DNA of 64,000 bases from Torpedo marmorata (Eukaryota), in contig OZ360221.1 in NCBI GenBank assembly GCA_977017645.1, positions 132,990,001 to 133,054,000 of the forward strand. The letters are read 5' to 3'. The stretch's first letter is position 1. Each line of letters begins with the position of its first letter. Under the pieces are notes generated by a model. That model saw only the letters and a program-made list of their open reading frames with translations, searched no databases and was not told the DNA's origin. The position numbers and the translations under genes were made by a program. This document shows positions 1 through 11,030 of this stretch, piece after piece.

Positions 1-292
1 ATTGCCCGTCTTGGGTGGCAATGGAATTGAAGTTTAAAAAAACATATATGTTAGCAATTTTAGGATCCTTTTTACCATTTTCATTTTCTAAATTAACTCA
101 TAACCCATTATTGAGATATAGGTTGAGAATATGGGCACAGTTTAGAAATTTTTTTGGATTTAATAGTTTTTCTCTGGCTAGTCCTATTATAGATAATCAC
201 CTTTTCCAGCCGTCTGTGATGGATGTAGGATTTAGGGAATGGTATAGATTGGGAATTCATAGTTTTAATGATCTTTTTATTCGAGATAGTTT
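1..292 (+). mobile_element. L1-clade LINE ORF2 fragment (C-terminal of RT), truncated
   Basis: ORF 15..473 begins with NPLLRYRLRIWAQFR...SPIIDNHLFQP...FREWYRLGIHSFNDLF, resembling the post-RT region of the other L1 copies here; similarity stops at ~290, where Gypsy sequence begins on the - strand. Confidence 0.65.
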
Positions 293-897
293 TGCCAAAT
301 CATTTCCTAATAATAACAAAATACCATCCACTGGTAAACTGGATCTAGCCCCAATTTTAACAGGTCCATTAACTAATTCTGATTTCAACATTATCTTGTG
401 CAAAGGTATCGATTCCGAATCACATCCAAAACCTTTAATCAAATTTATTTCACCTGTGGCAGTCTTATCATGAAACTCCAAAACATTGGCTAACACAAGT
501 GACTGAGCTGCCCCAGTATTTCTGAGTATTTTTACTGTTACCTGTGGTGATCCTTCCTCTAATGAAACTTTACCCTCTGACACAAAATATTCAAACTCCT
601 TCCTAATCTTACCAGCAGCTCCTTTTTTACTACCATGTATTTCATCTCTTTGAATACAATCCTCTGGTACGGATTCCTGTTCTCTCTTTCTCTTCAAGGA
701 AAAAACAGTTCACTACCACATGACCAGGTTTCTTACAATAATTACAAAATGGACCAGAAAGTTTCTCCTTTTCAGGCTTTTTTTCTTCTGTAGTAAACAC
801 GAAAATCTGTAGACACCGTAATAATGTAGTAAAAAACACAAAAGCTGGAGAACTCAGCAGGTCAAACAGTGTCTTTTATGTAGCAAAGGTAGAAATA

Positions 898-938
898 CAT
901 AACCGACGTTTCGGGCTTGAGCCCTTCATCAAAGTATG
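898..938 (-). ncRNA. Minimal type I hammerhead ribozyme-like motif (C3U core variant) in Penelope terminal repeat
   Basis: Minus strand reads CATACT-TTGATGA-A-GGGC-TCAA-GCCC-GAAAC-GTC-GGTTATG: UGAUGA and GAAA core boxes, a 4-bp stem II, a palindromic ACGT stem III, a GUC triplet and a bulged stem I. Confidence 0.7.
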
Positions 939-1123
939 AGAAAATGCCGGCAGGCGTCCGAACAAAGGAGTGAGGGGGGAAGGGGGGTGGCAAAGGCAGG
1001 AGATGATAGGTGGAGAAAGGAGGGAGGGGACAGCAGCAAAGAGTGGGAGGAGGGATGGCTGGGTGGGTGGAAAAAAACAGGAAGGACAGGTGAGGGGGGA
1101 GGGGAAGGGAACAACAAACAGGT

Positions 1124-2311
1124 TTAGTGGAAAGTAGAAAAGTCAATGTTAATGCCATCTGGCTGGAGAGTGCCGAGACGGAATATGAGATGTTGTTCCT
1201 CCAATTTGCGGGTAGTCTGGGTGGGATAGTACATGAGGCCATGGACAGACATGTGAGCGTGGGAGTGTGACCCAGAATTGAAATGGTTGGCTACTGGGAG
1301 GTCGCTGTTGTTGCAGACGGAGAGGAGGTGCTCAGCAAAGCGGTCTCCCAATCTACGACCGGTCTCTCCAATGTATAGAAAGCCACAAAGGGAGCACCGG
1401 ATGCAGTAGATAAGTCCTCTGGATGTACAAGTGAAGTGTAGTTTCACTTGGAAGGCCTGTTTGGGGCCCTGGACCGTGGTGAAGGGGGAGGTGTGGGCGC
1501 AGGTGTTGCACCTCCTGCGGGCACAGGAAAAGGTTCCGGGGGTGCGATGGGTGGGGAGGGACGAGTGCATGAGTGAATCGCGGAGGGAGCGGTCCCTACT
1601 GAAGGCCGAGAGGGGAGGAGAAGGAAAAATGTGTCTGGTGGTGGGATCCTGCAGCAAGTGCCGGAAATTCCGGCGGATAATGTGTTGGACGCAGAGGCTG
1701 GTGGGGTGGTAGGAGAGGATGAGGGGTACTCTATGTTTGTTGTGTCTGGGGGCAGAGGGGGCCAGGGCAGATGAGCGGGAAATGGAGGAGATGCGGGTGA
1801 GGGCTGAGTTGATGGTGGTGGAGGGGAAGCCACGTTTGTGGAAAAAGGCAGACATTTCAGAAGATCTGGAGTGGAACACCTCATCTTGGGAACAGATGCG
1901 GCGGAGGCGGAGAAATTGAGAGAAGGGGATGGAGTCCTTGCAGGGGACAGGGTGTGAGGATGTGTAGTCCAGATAGTTGTGGGAGTTGGAGGGTTTGTAG
2001 TAAATGTCGGTGGAAAGCTTGTCTCCCGAGATGGAGACAGAGAAATCCAGGAAGGGGAGAGTGTTATCGGAGATGGACCAGGTGAGTTTGAGATCGTGGT
2101 GAAAGTTGGATGCAAAGTGGATGAAGCTGACAAGCTCATCATGGGTGCATGAGGCAGCTCCGATGTAGTCGTCGATATACCGGAGGAAGAGATGAGGGGT
2201 CTTGCCTATGTAGGCTTGCAGCATGGATTGCTCCACAAACAGGCAGGCGTAGCTGGGACCCATGCGGGTACCCATGGCTACTCCTTTGATTTGGTGGAAG
2301 TGGGATGAGTT
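1124..2311 (-). pseudogene. Penelope RT C-terminal half plus GIY-YIG endonuclease, 5'-truncated inverted arm
   Basis: C-terminal ~395 aa of ORF 1124..2620 (NSSHFHQIKGVAMGT...RYIDD...YIGET...GINIDF); the frame is open across the arm but has no native start. Confidence 0.9.
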
Positions 2312-4662
2312 TCCCTCCATCCCCCCCCACTCTCTGGCTACCCTCCCTACCCCCCTCTCCCACCCTCCTACCTCCCCTACCCCCCACATCCCCCCTCCGA
2401 CTCCCTCCAACCTCCCCCACCCTCCACCTCCCCCCTCTGACCCCCCCAACCCTCCCCCTCCCCCCAACACCCTCCACGACACCGATCCCCACTCTAACCC
2501 CTGCTTGGTTTTTACTATCCCCCCGACCTTCCCCTCTCTGAGACGGAGCGCTCTGTCCTCAGTAGAGGCCTCACCTTCGTCCCCCTCCGCCCACACCTCA
2601 ACGAGTTCCACGCACGCCATGATGCCGAACTCTTCTTCCGTCGCCTACGCCTCCATGCTCACTTCCATGACCGTGATTCTCCACCCCCCACCCTAGACCC
2701 TTTCTCCGGCTTCAAGCTTTCTTCCTCTTCCTGGACACCCCGCCCGGGCCAGCTGCCCGCTCTGGACCTTTTTATTTCCAACTGCCGCCGAGACATCAAC
2801 CGTCTCAACTTCACCACCCCCCTCTCGTATTCCAACCTCACTTCCTCAGAACGCTCTGCCCTCCACTCTCTCCGCAACAATCCCAACCTCACCATCAAAC
2901 CCGCAGACAAGGGCGGTGTGGTTGTGGTCTGGCGCACTGACCTCTACCTTGCCGAGGCCAGTCGACAACTCTCAGACACCTCCTCCTACCGACCCCTCCC
3001 ACAGGACCCCACCACAGCACATCAAGCCACGGTCTCCAACACCATCTCCGACCTCATCACCTTCGGTCACCACCCCTCCACGGCCACCAACCTCATTCTC
3101 CTCCACCCCCGCACTGTCCGTTTCTACCTTCTACCCAAGATACACAAACCCAACCATCCGGGCAGACCCATTGTTTCTGCCTGCTCCTGCCCCACCGAAC
3201 TAGTTTCATCTTACCGTGACTCCATCTTTTCTCCCCTGGTCCAATCCCTCCCCACCTACATCCGCGACACCTCATGCCCTCCATCTCCTCAATGACTTCA
3301 GATTCCCTGAACCGGACCGCATCATCTTCACCATGGATGTCCAATCCCTTTATACCTCTATCCCCCACACAGAAGGTCTAAAAGCACTTCGCTTCTTCCT
3401 GGACCAAAGACCCGACCAGTCACCCTCTACCACCACCCTCCTCCGCCTGGCAGAACTTGTCCTCACTCTCAATAACTTCTCCTTCAACTCATCCCACTTC
3501 CTCCAAATCAAAGGAGTAGCCATGGGTACCCGCATGGGTCCCAGCTACGCCTGCCTGTTTGTGGGCTTTGTGGAGTAATCCATGCTGCAAGCCTACACAG
3601 GCAAGATCCCTCATCTCTTCCTCCGGTATATCGACGACTACATCGGGGCTGCCTCATGCACCCACGATGAGCTTGTCAACTTCATCCACTTCGCATCCAA
3701 CTTTCACCACGATCTCAAACTCACCTGGTCCATCTCCGATAACACTCTCCCCTTCCTGGATCTCTCTGTCTCCATCTCGGGAGACAAGCTTTCCACCGAC
3801 ATTTACTACAAACCCTCCAACTCCCACAACTATCTGGACTACACATCCTCACACCCTGTCCCCTGCAAGGACTCCATCCCCTTCTCTCAATTTCTCCGCC
3901 TCATCTGTTCCCAAGATGAGGTGTTCCACTCCAGATCTTCTGAAATGTCTGCCTTTTTCCACAAACGTGGCTTCCCCTCCACCACCATCAACTCAGCCCT
4001 CACCCGCATCTCCTCCATTTCCCGCTCATCTGCCCTGGCCCCCTCTGCCCCCAGATACAACAAACAGAGTACCCCTCATCCTCACCTACCACCCCACCAG
4101 CCTCCGCGTCCAACACATTATCCGCCGGAATTTCCGGCACTTGCTGCAGGATCCCACCACCAGACACATTTTTCCTTCTCCTCCCCTCTCGGCCTTCCTT
4201 AGGGACCGCTCCCTCTGCGATTCACTCGTGCACTCGTCCCTCCCCACCCGTCGCACCCCCGGAACCTTCCCCTGTGTCTGCAGGAGGTGCAACACCTGCC
4301 CCCTCACCACGGTCCAGGGCCCCAAACAGGCCTTCCAAGTGAAACTACACTTCACTTGTACATCCAGAGGACTTATCTACTGCATCCGGTGCTCCCTTTG
4401 TGGCTTTCAAAACATTGGAGAGACCGGTCGTAGATTGGGAGACCGCTTTGCTGAGCACCTCCTCTCCGTCCGCAACAACAGCGACCTCCCAGTAGCCAAC
4501 CATTTCAATTCTGGGTCACACTCCCACGCTCACATGTCTGTCCATGGCCTCATGTACTATCCCACCCAGACTACCCGCAAATTGGAGGAACAACATCTCA
4601 TATTCCGTCTCGGCACTCTCCAGCCAGATGGCATTAACATTGACTTTTCTGCTTTCCACTAA
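2312..4662 (+). pseudogene. Penelope RT-GIY-YIG ORF, 5'-truncated and disrupted
   Basis: Consecutive ORF pieces 2918..3295, 3216..3578, 3582..4202 and the end of 3559..4662 rebuild the RT-EN protein; frameshifts near 2530, 3275 and 4065 and a TAA at 3576-3578. Confidence 0.92.
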
Positions 4663-4847
4663 ACCTGTTTGTTGTTCCCTTCCCCTCCCCCCTCACCTGT
4701 CCTTCCTGTTTTTTTCCACCCACCCAGCCATCCCTCCTCCCACTCTTTGCTGCTGTCCCCTCCCTCCTTTCTCCACCTATCATCTCCTGCCTTTGCCACC
4801 CCCCTTCCCCCCTCACTCCTTTGTTCGGACGCCTGCTGGCATTTTCT

Positions 4848-4888
4848 CATACTTTGATGAAGGGCTCAAGCCCGAAACGTCGGTTATG
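4848..4888 (+). ncRNA. Minimal type I hammerhead ribozyme-like motif (C3U core variant) in Penelope terminal repeat
   Basis: CATACTTTGATGAAGGGCTCAAGCCCGAAACGTCGGTTATG, the exact reverse complement of 898-938. Confidence 0.7.
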
Positions 4889-6048
4889 TATTTCTACCTT
4901 TGCTACATAAAAGACACTGTTTGACCTGCTGAGTTCTCCAGCTTGTGTTTTTTACTTTTTTTCTTCTGTACCTCTCGCACTATTTCCCCATTTACTCTCT
5001 ACCTTAATTGGATACTTTAAATTACCTTCTTTAAAAGGTTTACCTTCTGAAAAGGGTCGATTGGGTACAAATCTCACTGTGAGTTAAGGCATATTCATCA
5101 GCTAACATAGCAGCCTCCTGCCAAGTTGTCACTCCCTTTTCATCTAAATATGTTTTGATATCATTAGGAACACACCGTTTAATTTCCTCAACTAACATCA
5201 ACTCTTTCAGACTGTTATAATCACCATTTATTTCTTTTGATGTGCACCATCGGTCAAAGCACAATATCATAGGCAAACTCCATATAAGACTGGTTCCCAG
5301 CTTTCTTCAAAGTCCTGAATTTTTGACTATATGCTTCTGGAACCAATTCATAAGCCTTAAGCTGTATCATAATCAGCGGCTTCTTGAATTGTAAGGGCAG
5401 AGTAAGCCTGGTAAGCTTTCCCTTTAATTACATTCTGTAACACGAGGGACCAATGGTTTCTTGGCCATTTCAAACTCTTAGCCACTTTCTCAAAGTGTTG
5501 AAAATATTTATCAATATCATCCTCATTGAATGGAGGAACTAACTTTATCTCTCTACTTGACATAAAATTGTCACGAGAACCAAGAGATGAAGCTCCTGCT
5601 CCTCTCATTTCTAGTTCAAACCTCCGTTTTTTTCTGCTTCTTCCGCCTCAAACCTCCTTTGCCGTTCTGCTTCCTCTTGCTCTAATTTCCTTGTTTTGAA
5701 CTCCATCTCCTTTACACGTAGTTCAATCTCCATTCTACGTCTCTTTAACTCACCCTGTTCCAGCTGTACTGGCTGCTTAAGAGATTTCATCTCAGGAAAT
5801 TGTTTTAACTCTTCTTCAAACTTCTCTTTTACAGTGTTCAGCCATAATTTTCTGAATTACTATCTTTTTCATTGACCGTTTTACCTCTAAGTTGCAACTC
5901 TTGAGCGATAAGCAACAAGTCATCCTTTGTCACCCCCTTCAAATCTGTAAAGCTTGGCTGTGTCAAAAACCCTTCAATTTCCATTGCTGTTGTTTATCCA
6001 TAAACACTATAAGCCTTTTAATTGATTTTCAAAAAGATATTTAGTTAA

Positions 6049-6066
6049 ATCGCGAATGAGCCCCCA
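6049..6066 (-). promoter_or_regulatory. Primer binding site, tRNA-Pro-like
   Basis: Minus strand TGGGGGCTCATTCGCGAT matches 15/18 of the canonical tRNA-Pro PBS TGGGGGCTCGTCCGGGAT and lies 4 nt after the LTR end (...GTAACA). Confidence 0.8.
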
Positions 6067-6070
6067 ATTT

Positions 6071-7092
6071 TGTTACAAACGAACAAACCCTGTTAGTACT
6101 AACAAAGGAACAGCAATGGAAGATGCACCAGACAATGGTAAATTCAAAAGAATATTTATTTAAACTATTAAAACATAACATCTCTTATCTCTAAACTTAA
6201 CTAACTTAAACCCCACTATGTGCAAATGTAAATGTGTGTGTTAAATTCCAAACTATTTCAGTTTAAACTTAATTCTGAAAAGTCACTGTTAAAGTCCAGT
6301 TTCCAACTTATTTTAAACTCATGAGTCTTTTGATGAGTTGTCTTCAGACGAGTGTTTTCACAAGTTTCCCCCTATATTGTTAAGGTTACTGAACTGTGAT
6401 CTTCACGATGATTTCTTTCTTAATCAGGAGTAACATACGGTGATGTCCTCTTTTCTTAGAAGCAGTTGAAAAGTGGTCTTACTTATTTTAAAAGCCACTT
6501 ATTATGTATTTCCTATGATAAGGATAATACAGAGACAGTACCTCTATCCATTCAGGGATCACTGCTCAAATAATTCTGTCTTTCCAGAACGCCAAAGTTC
6601 TTCAGACTTCTTCAATCCCTGTTCTTTCAGGGTTCTTAAGTTTCTTCAGTCTGGTACAATCTGTTTCAAAATGTCTGATTTTTTTCCATTATATATTTCT
6701 GACATCACGTGACGTGAACATTGTAGTTTCATTTTCAGAAGCATTACCTCATGCCTTTCTAACCTCAGCTCTATTTGAATGCCATGGCTCTGGAAAGTCT
6801 GGCAATGTCACTCAAATGGCACTTGAGTTTGCAACAGCTGCTAGCATAATGCATTTTAAAAAACCACACATCGTCCTTGAGTTTCAATTAAGAACCACTT
6901 CAGTTTTTATGGCTGTTTTTCAAGACGCATCGACTCCGAAAACTCCCAGCTGCAATTTCAAAAAGGACTCTCTCAGTAATGGTTTTTTTCTCTGTGTGTG
7001 ACCCTGTACCAGCCCACAACTAAATTTACTAAGATATATAATTCTATAACTTAACTTTAAATATTAATATTAACATTAACACATCCGTTACA
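6071..7092 (-). mobile_element. 5' LTR of the Gypsy element (~1.02 kb)
   Basis: Minus-strand termini are TGTAAC...GTAACA; it abuts the PBS; an AATAAA signal lies ~90 nt from its 3' end. The outer boundary is inferred from the terminal motif only. Confidence 0.7.
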
Positions 7093-7377
7093 ACTATAGC
7101 AGCATCAGTATAGATATATGAAGTATTAATACTAAATGAGCAGTGTTTGTACCTGCTTGTAATTAAAGCTGCTATTGTCTTGCTACATATAAAATTTTGA
7201 CAATTCCTATAATTTTCAAATTGATTGCCATTCCTGGTCTTCCAAAAGTCTGCATCTTTTATAGATGAATAATTCCTAAACTTAACAAACTTAATTTTAT
7301 ACACATAGATAAATGCATGATTTGCCAAACACTCTCCCAATCTTGATTTTATCTACCTGTTTTTAATTTTAAAAACA

Positions 7378-7625
7378 ATTTAGACATACAGCACGGTAAC
7401 AGGCCATTTCAGCCCACGAGTCCATGCTAACCAATTTACACCCAATTAACCTACACTCCCCGGTACGTTTCGAACGGTGGGAGGAAACCGGAGCCCCCGG
7501 GGAAAACCCACGCAGACACGGGGAGAACATACAAACTCTTTACAGACAGCGCAGGATTCGAATCCAGGTCCCGATCGCTGATGCTGTAAAGGAGTTGCGC
7601 TAACCAATACGCCAACTGTGCCGCC
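7378..7625 (-). mobile_element. tRNA-derived V-SINE (HE1-like) with CR1-type tail
   Basis: Minus strand has a tRNA-like head with A/B boxes (TGGCGTATTGG, GATTCGAATCC), the V-domain GTATGTTCTCCCCGTGTCTGCGTGGGTTTTCCCCGGGGGCTCCGGTTTCCTCCCAC and the tail GGGCTGAAATGGCCTGTTACCGTGCTGTAT. Confidence 0.88.
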
Positions 7626-7723
7626 AACGTTTGTCGTCAAGAATCCCTACATTCTTAAATCTTGCACGAGGTCTCAGTGTTCCTTGTCAATTTGTGAATT
7701 ACTCCAACACAACTATATAATTA

Positions 7724-7945
7724 AAGTTTCCATTATTGTCAAGTAATACTACATTTAGAATGTAACATACATGAAATTCTTTAATTTTTGTCTAACGTAA
7801 GGCAGACAGAGGGTCGCTATTTTGTCCAGCGCCCCTCACAGAAACCTACAGCACCTTGTGTTCCTTGGTGGTCTCCCCTCCAAGTACTGACCAGTCCTAT
7901 GCCTGCTTAGCTTCTGAGATCAGACAATCCCAGTCGTATCCAGTT
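7724..7945 (-). mobile_element. 5S rRNA-derived SINE (SINE3-type) with Rex1/Babar-like tail
   Basis: Minus strand GTCTGATCTCAGAAGCTAAGCAGG...CTGGTCAGTACTTGGAGGGGAGACC...GGTGCTGTAGG follows 5S rRNA, then a ~120 nt body/tail shared with 44366-44590. Confidence 0.85.
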
Positions 7946-8657
7946 TCAACAATAAAAAACAAAAACCTTTATTTGTTGCAGATACTGATTTTAGGACTTT
8001 AGCTATTTATTAATTACAATGATATTATTATAGGGTTGGAATAATCCACAAATTGATAAGGACTAAGACCACATGAACGATTTAAGAACAGAAATCCACT
8101 AATTTTCTTTTGAACAATCTACATTGTAACAGGTCATTTATGAAGACATGATTGTTGGCAGGTGTCTTATATACCATTTTAAAAAGCTTTCAGGTTGTCA
8201 GTTCTTACTGGGCTATCATCTTTTATTAAAGTGACCATTTATGATCTTCTCAATAATTTTTTTTCTAATTCGTTTTTAAAGAGGTTTATTGGTACAATTT
8301 ATACACTTTTCCATTTTTAATCTAATATTGAAGTATTTTCAATTATAAAAGTCCTCATAATTTTTCTATATATTTTGAAATTTTGTCAAATCTGTTTTCT
8401 ATTTATTAATCAATCACTTTTCATTAGCCTGCAGTGACTACAAATTGAAATGTAATTTCTCCTGTATTTGTATCGTTTGTTTTCTACTTAAATTTACAAG
8501 GCTAAACTAGCCTTGATGAATTTCAACACGTTAAGTAAAAACTGGTTTCAGTGTTTTAAAGATGGTCTTACATACCCGGTAGTTAAGTGTAAAATCTTAT
8601 CAGTCCTAATCCATGCAGGTTGTCAGTCTAATGAATTTTCTAAAGTTTGAGATTTAA

Positions 8658-9770
8658 GATTAGTGATTGTTTTGAAGCTGGGAAATTTATTACTTTTCAA
8701 AGAATGAAAGATAAATTTAATATATTAGATAATACACTTTTTGCTTATTATCAAATTAGAGCTTTTCTGATTGAGAAATTAGGTTATGCTTTGATTTTAC
8801 CAAGACAAAATGAATTAGAATTATTAGTTACTAATGGAGATGTTAATACATTTATTTCTCAAATGTATAAATTGTTTCAGAGGAAAATGCCTAAAGTAGG
8901 ATTGCATAAATCAAGATTAAAATGGGAATTAGATTTGAATGTAAGAATAGATGAAAATCATTGGAAAGAATTATGTAAATTAAGTATGACGAAGATTATT
9001 AATGTTAGACATAGATTAGTACAATACAATTTTTTTCATCAATTATATTTAACACCTAAAAAATTAAATAAATTTAATCCGACACTATCAGGTTTATGTT
9101 TTAGATGTAATAAAGAGGAAGGGTCTTTTGTACATTTTACATGGTTTTGTCCAAAAGTTTATGATTTTTGGTTGAAAGTTAAAAATTTCTTAGATAAAGT
9201 ATTTAAGATTACATTTCCAATGGATCCTATGATATTTTTGTTTGGAGATATTAGAAAATTTAATATTAAGATGAAATTAAATATGTATCAAATAGAATTT
9301 TTACGAATTGCTTTAGCTGTTTCAAAGAAATGCATTGCTATTACTTGGAAATCTGATTTAGATTCAGGATTAGAAAGATGGCATGCAGAACTTCGTTCGT
9401 GTATACCACTTGAAAAAATTACATATAATTTACGTAATAAATATCATTTCTTTTTAAAAATTTGGAGCCCATATATGAAAGCTGTTGGTTTAAGGATTTG
9501 AAGATCTCTGGATATCGGATCTACTGGCATAATTGACCTCCATAATAGAGTTAGTTTATAGATTGGCATTACCCTTAATCTATCTTTTTGTTTTTCTTTC
9601 TTTTTCTTCTTCTTCTTTTTCTATTTTTATTTTTTATTAGATTAGTGGGGTTGGGAGGGTTGGGGAAGGAAGGGAGGGAGGGGGGGGTGAAAATGTATCA
9701 CAAATAATTTGATAATTTTATATTCTATTTTATGTATTTTGTGATTTAAAAATTTTAATATATTTAAAAA
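8658..9770 (+). mobile_element. 5'-truncated L1-clade LINE (ORF2 C-terminus, 3'UTR, poly-A)
   Basis: ORF 8647..9501 has the L1 CCHC motif (CFRC...H..W.C) and ends in F.KIW.P; G-rich 3'UTR; 16 bp TSD AAAGTTTGAGATTTAA at 8642-8657 and 9771-9786. Confidence 0.93.
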
Positions 9771-10577
9771 AAAGTTTGAGATTTAATAATCACATGTATT
9801 TTAACTTTTTCGTTTGAGTAATTTATTTGGTATACACAGGTTGTTTTTTCTCAATGCACAGCTAGGTTAATTGGCTTAGTTTGCCCTTTGTTTGAAGCCA
9901 TCAAATCTAAATTCCATTAATAGAAGGCTAAATTTTGATAGTAGTGGGAAGTTTGCAGGTACGTGGACAATTCAATTTTATAGATACCAGGATTATTGAT
10001 AATCTTTCCCACTACTGAGAGAGACTTCAAATGCAAACACATTAGTACAGCAGGCAAATTAGATTCAGAAAATCACAAATCACTAACAAATGCTGAATAA
10101 AAACTAGTTATTGATATCCATGAACAGAGTTTTGATGAAGGTGAATCAACTGTTTATTTTTGCAGAATCTACCTGAACGACAAAGCATTTTTGTTTTAAT
10201 TTCAAATACAGTATCGGCAGCTTTTTCTTTGTATTCAGCTGTGAAGTTTGCTCCTTTTACTTTATAAAGAGTACCTGAAATGAGGACTTCATGTTAAAAA
10301 ATCTGAAATACAAGTTTCCTGATTGCGTACTGTTCTTTGCAGCAAATGTGACGGTGTACAATTTCTTGATTCTGATTCAAGTTTTGCAAGTTCATAAACA
10401 TGTTCTCTTGGCAATTCCTAAATATTAGTCACAAATTTCTAAATATCAACATATGTCTTTTGATACTCAAGATTAGATTTCTTCTCAAACTTTCTTAATG
10501 AGCACACATTTTGTTATTAAATATCTTATTTCTGAAAACATTTAAAGACTCTGATGTAAATCAGGTCTATATATGTT

Positions 10578-10790
10578 AGGCCAAACAGTGTACTTTATGT
10601 AGCAAAGATAAAGATACATAACCAATGTTTCCGGTTTAAGCCCTTCATCATACCTTCATGAAGGGCTCAAGCCCAAACTGTTGGTTATGTATTTCTTTGC
10701 TACATATAGTACACTTTTTGCCTTGCTGAGTTTCTCCAGCATTGTGTTTTTACTTCAATCATGGTGTCTGCAGACTTTCATGTTTTACTC
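10578..10790. mobile_element. Palindromic Penelope-derived mini-element (two head-to-head hammerhead-bearing ends), left arm shortened
   Basis: Arms are reverse complements around TACCT (10651-10655) and resemble 4854-4954; the right arm carries the extra tail TTCAATCATGGTGTCTGCAGACTTTCATGTTTTACTC. Confidence 0.85.
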
Positions 10791-10904
10791 CTATATTTGG
10801 TATTGCTCCTCATCGTTACCAGAATCCCATCTGTTTAAATCAATTGATGGTCAGAATTATTTTATAAAATATGAACCAGTTTAGATTTTATGACTTTAAA
10901 AGTC

Positions 10905-11030
10905 ACAGACATTTGGATAGGCTCATAAATAGGAAAGGTTTACAGGCCAAATGCAGGCGAATGGTATTAGCTTGGGAAGACACTGTGGAGAAGTTGGGCA
11001 AAAGGTTCTGTTTCCAAGCTGTGTAGCTCT
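10905..11030 (+). mobile_element. Old CR1-type LINE 3' fragment
   Basis: AGACATTTGGATAGG...AGGAAAGGTTTA...GGCCAAATGCAGG...TGG...TAG...GTTGGGCAAAAGG resembles the reverse complement of the CR1 tail at ~32725-32880. Confidence 0.5.

Larger units (their letters stand above)
793..4954. mobile_element. Penelope-like element (Neptune-type linker) inserted as a large inverted repeat, with 16 bp TSD
   Basis: CTTTTTTTCTTCTGTA is duplicated at 777-792 and 4955-4970. Apart from a ~35 nt terminal tail, 793-2311 is the reverse complement of ~3486-4954. RT motifs (IKPADKG, GRPIVS, MDVQSLYTSIP, QIKGVAMGT, RYIDD), a CX4CX2C linker and a GIY-YIG domain (LIYCIRC...LYIGET..R..EH) are present. Confidence 0.95.
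290..6070 (-). mobile_element. Decayed Ty3/Gypsy LTR retrotransposon internal region (gag with SCAN-like capsid and CCHC knuckle, aspartic protease), interrupted by a Penelope-like insertion and truncated before pol
   Basis: Minus-strand ORF pieces: LVPPFNEDDIDKYFQHFEKVA...W...GKAYQAY (gag), LKELMLVEEIKRCVP...AAMLADEY (capsid C-terminus), CNYCKKPGHVVVNC (CX2CX4HX4C) and VKILRNTGAAQSLV (protease DTGA motif with D>N). Frameshifts and stops are present. Confidence 0.85.

Noticed and set aside
1124-2620. 498 aa ORF as an intact gene
   Set aside because: It is chimeric: the Gly-rich N-terminus is the antisense of the C-rich spacer across the inversion junction; only the C-terminal part is Penelope RT-EN.
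7540-7625. tRNA gene (also ~42246-42320)
   Set aside because: Only A/B-box remnants continuing into the V-SINE body; no convincing cloverleaf.
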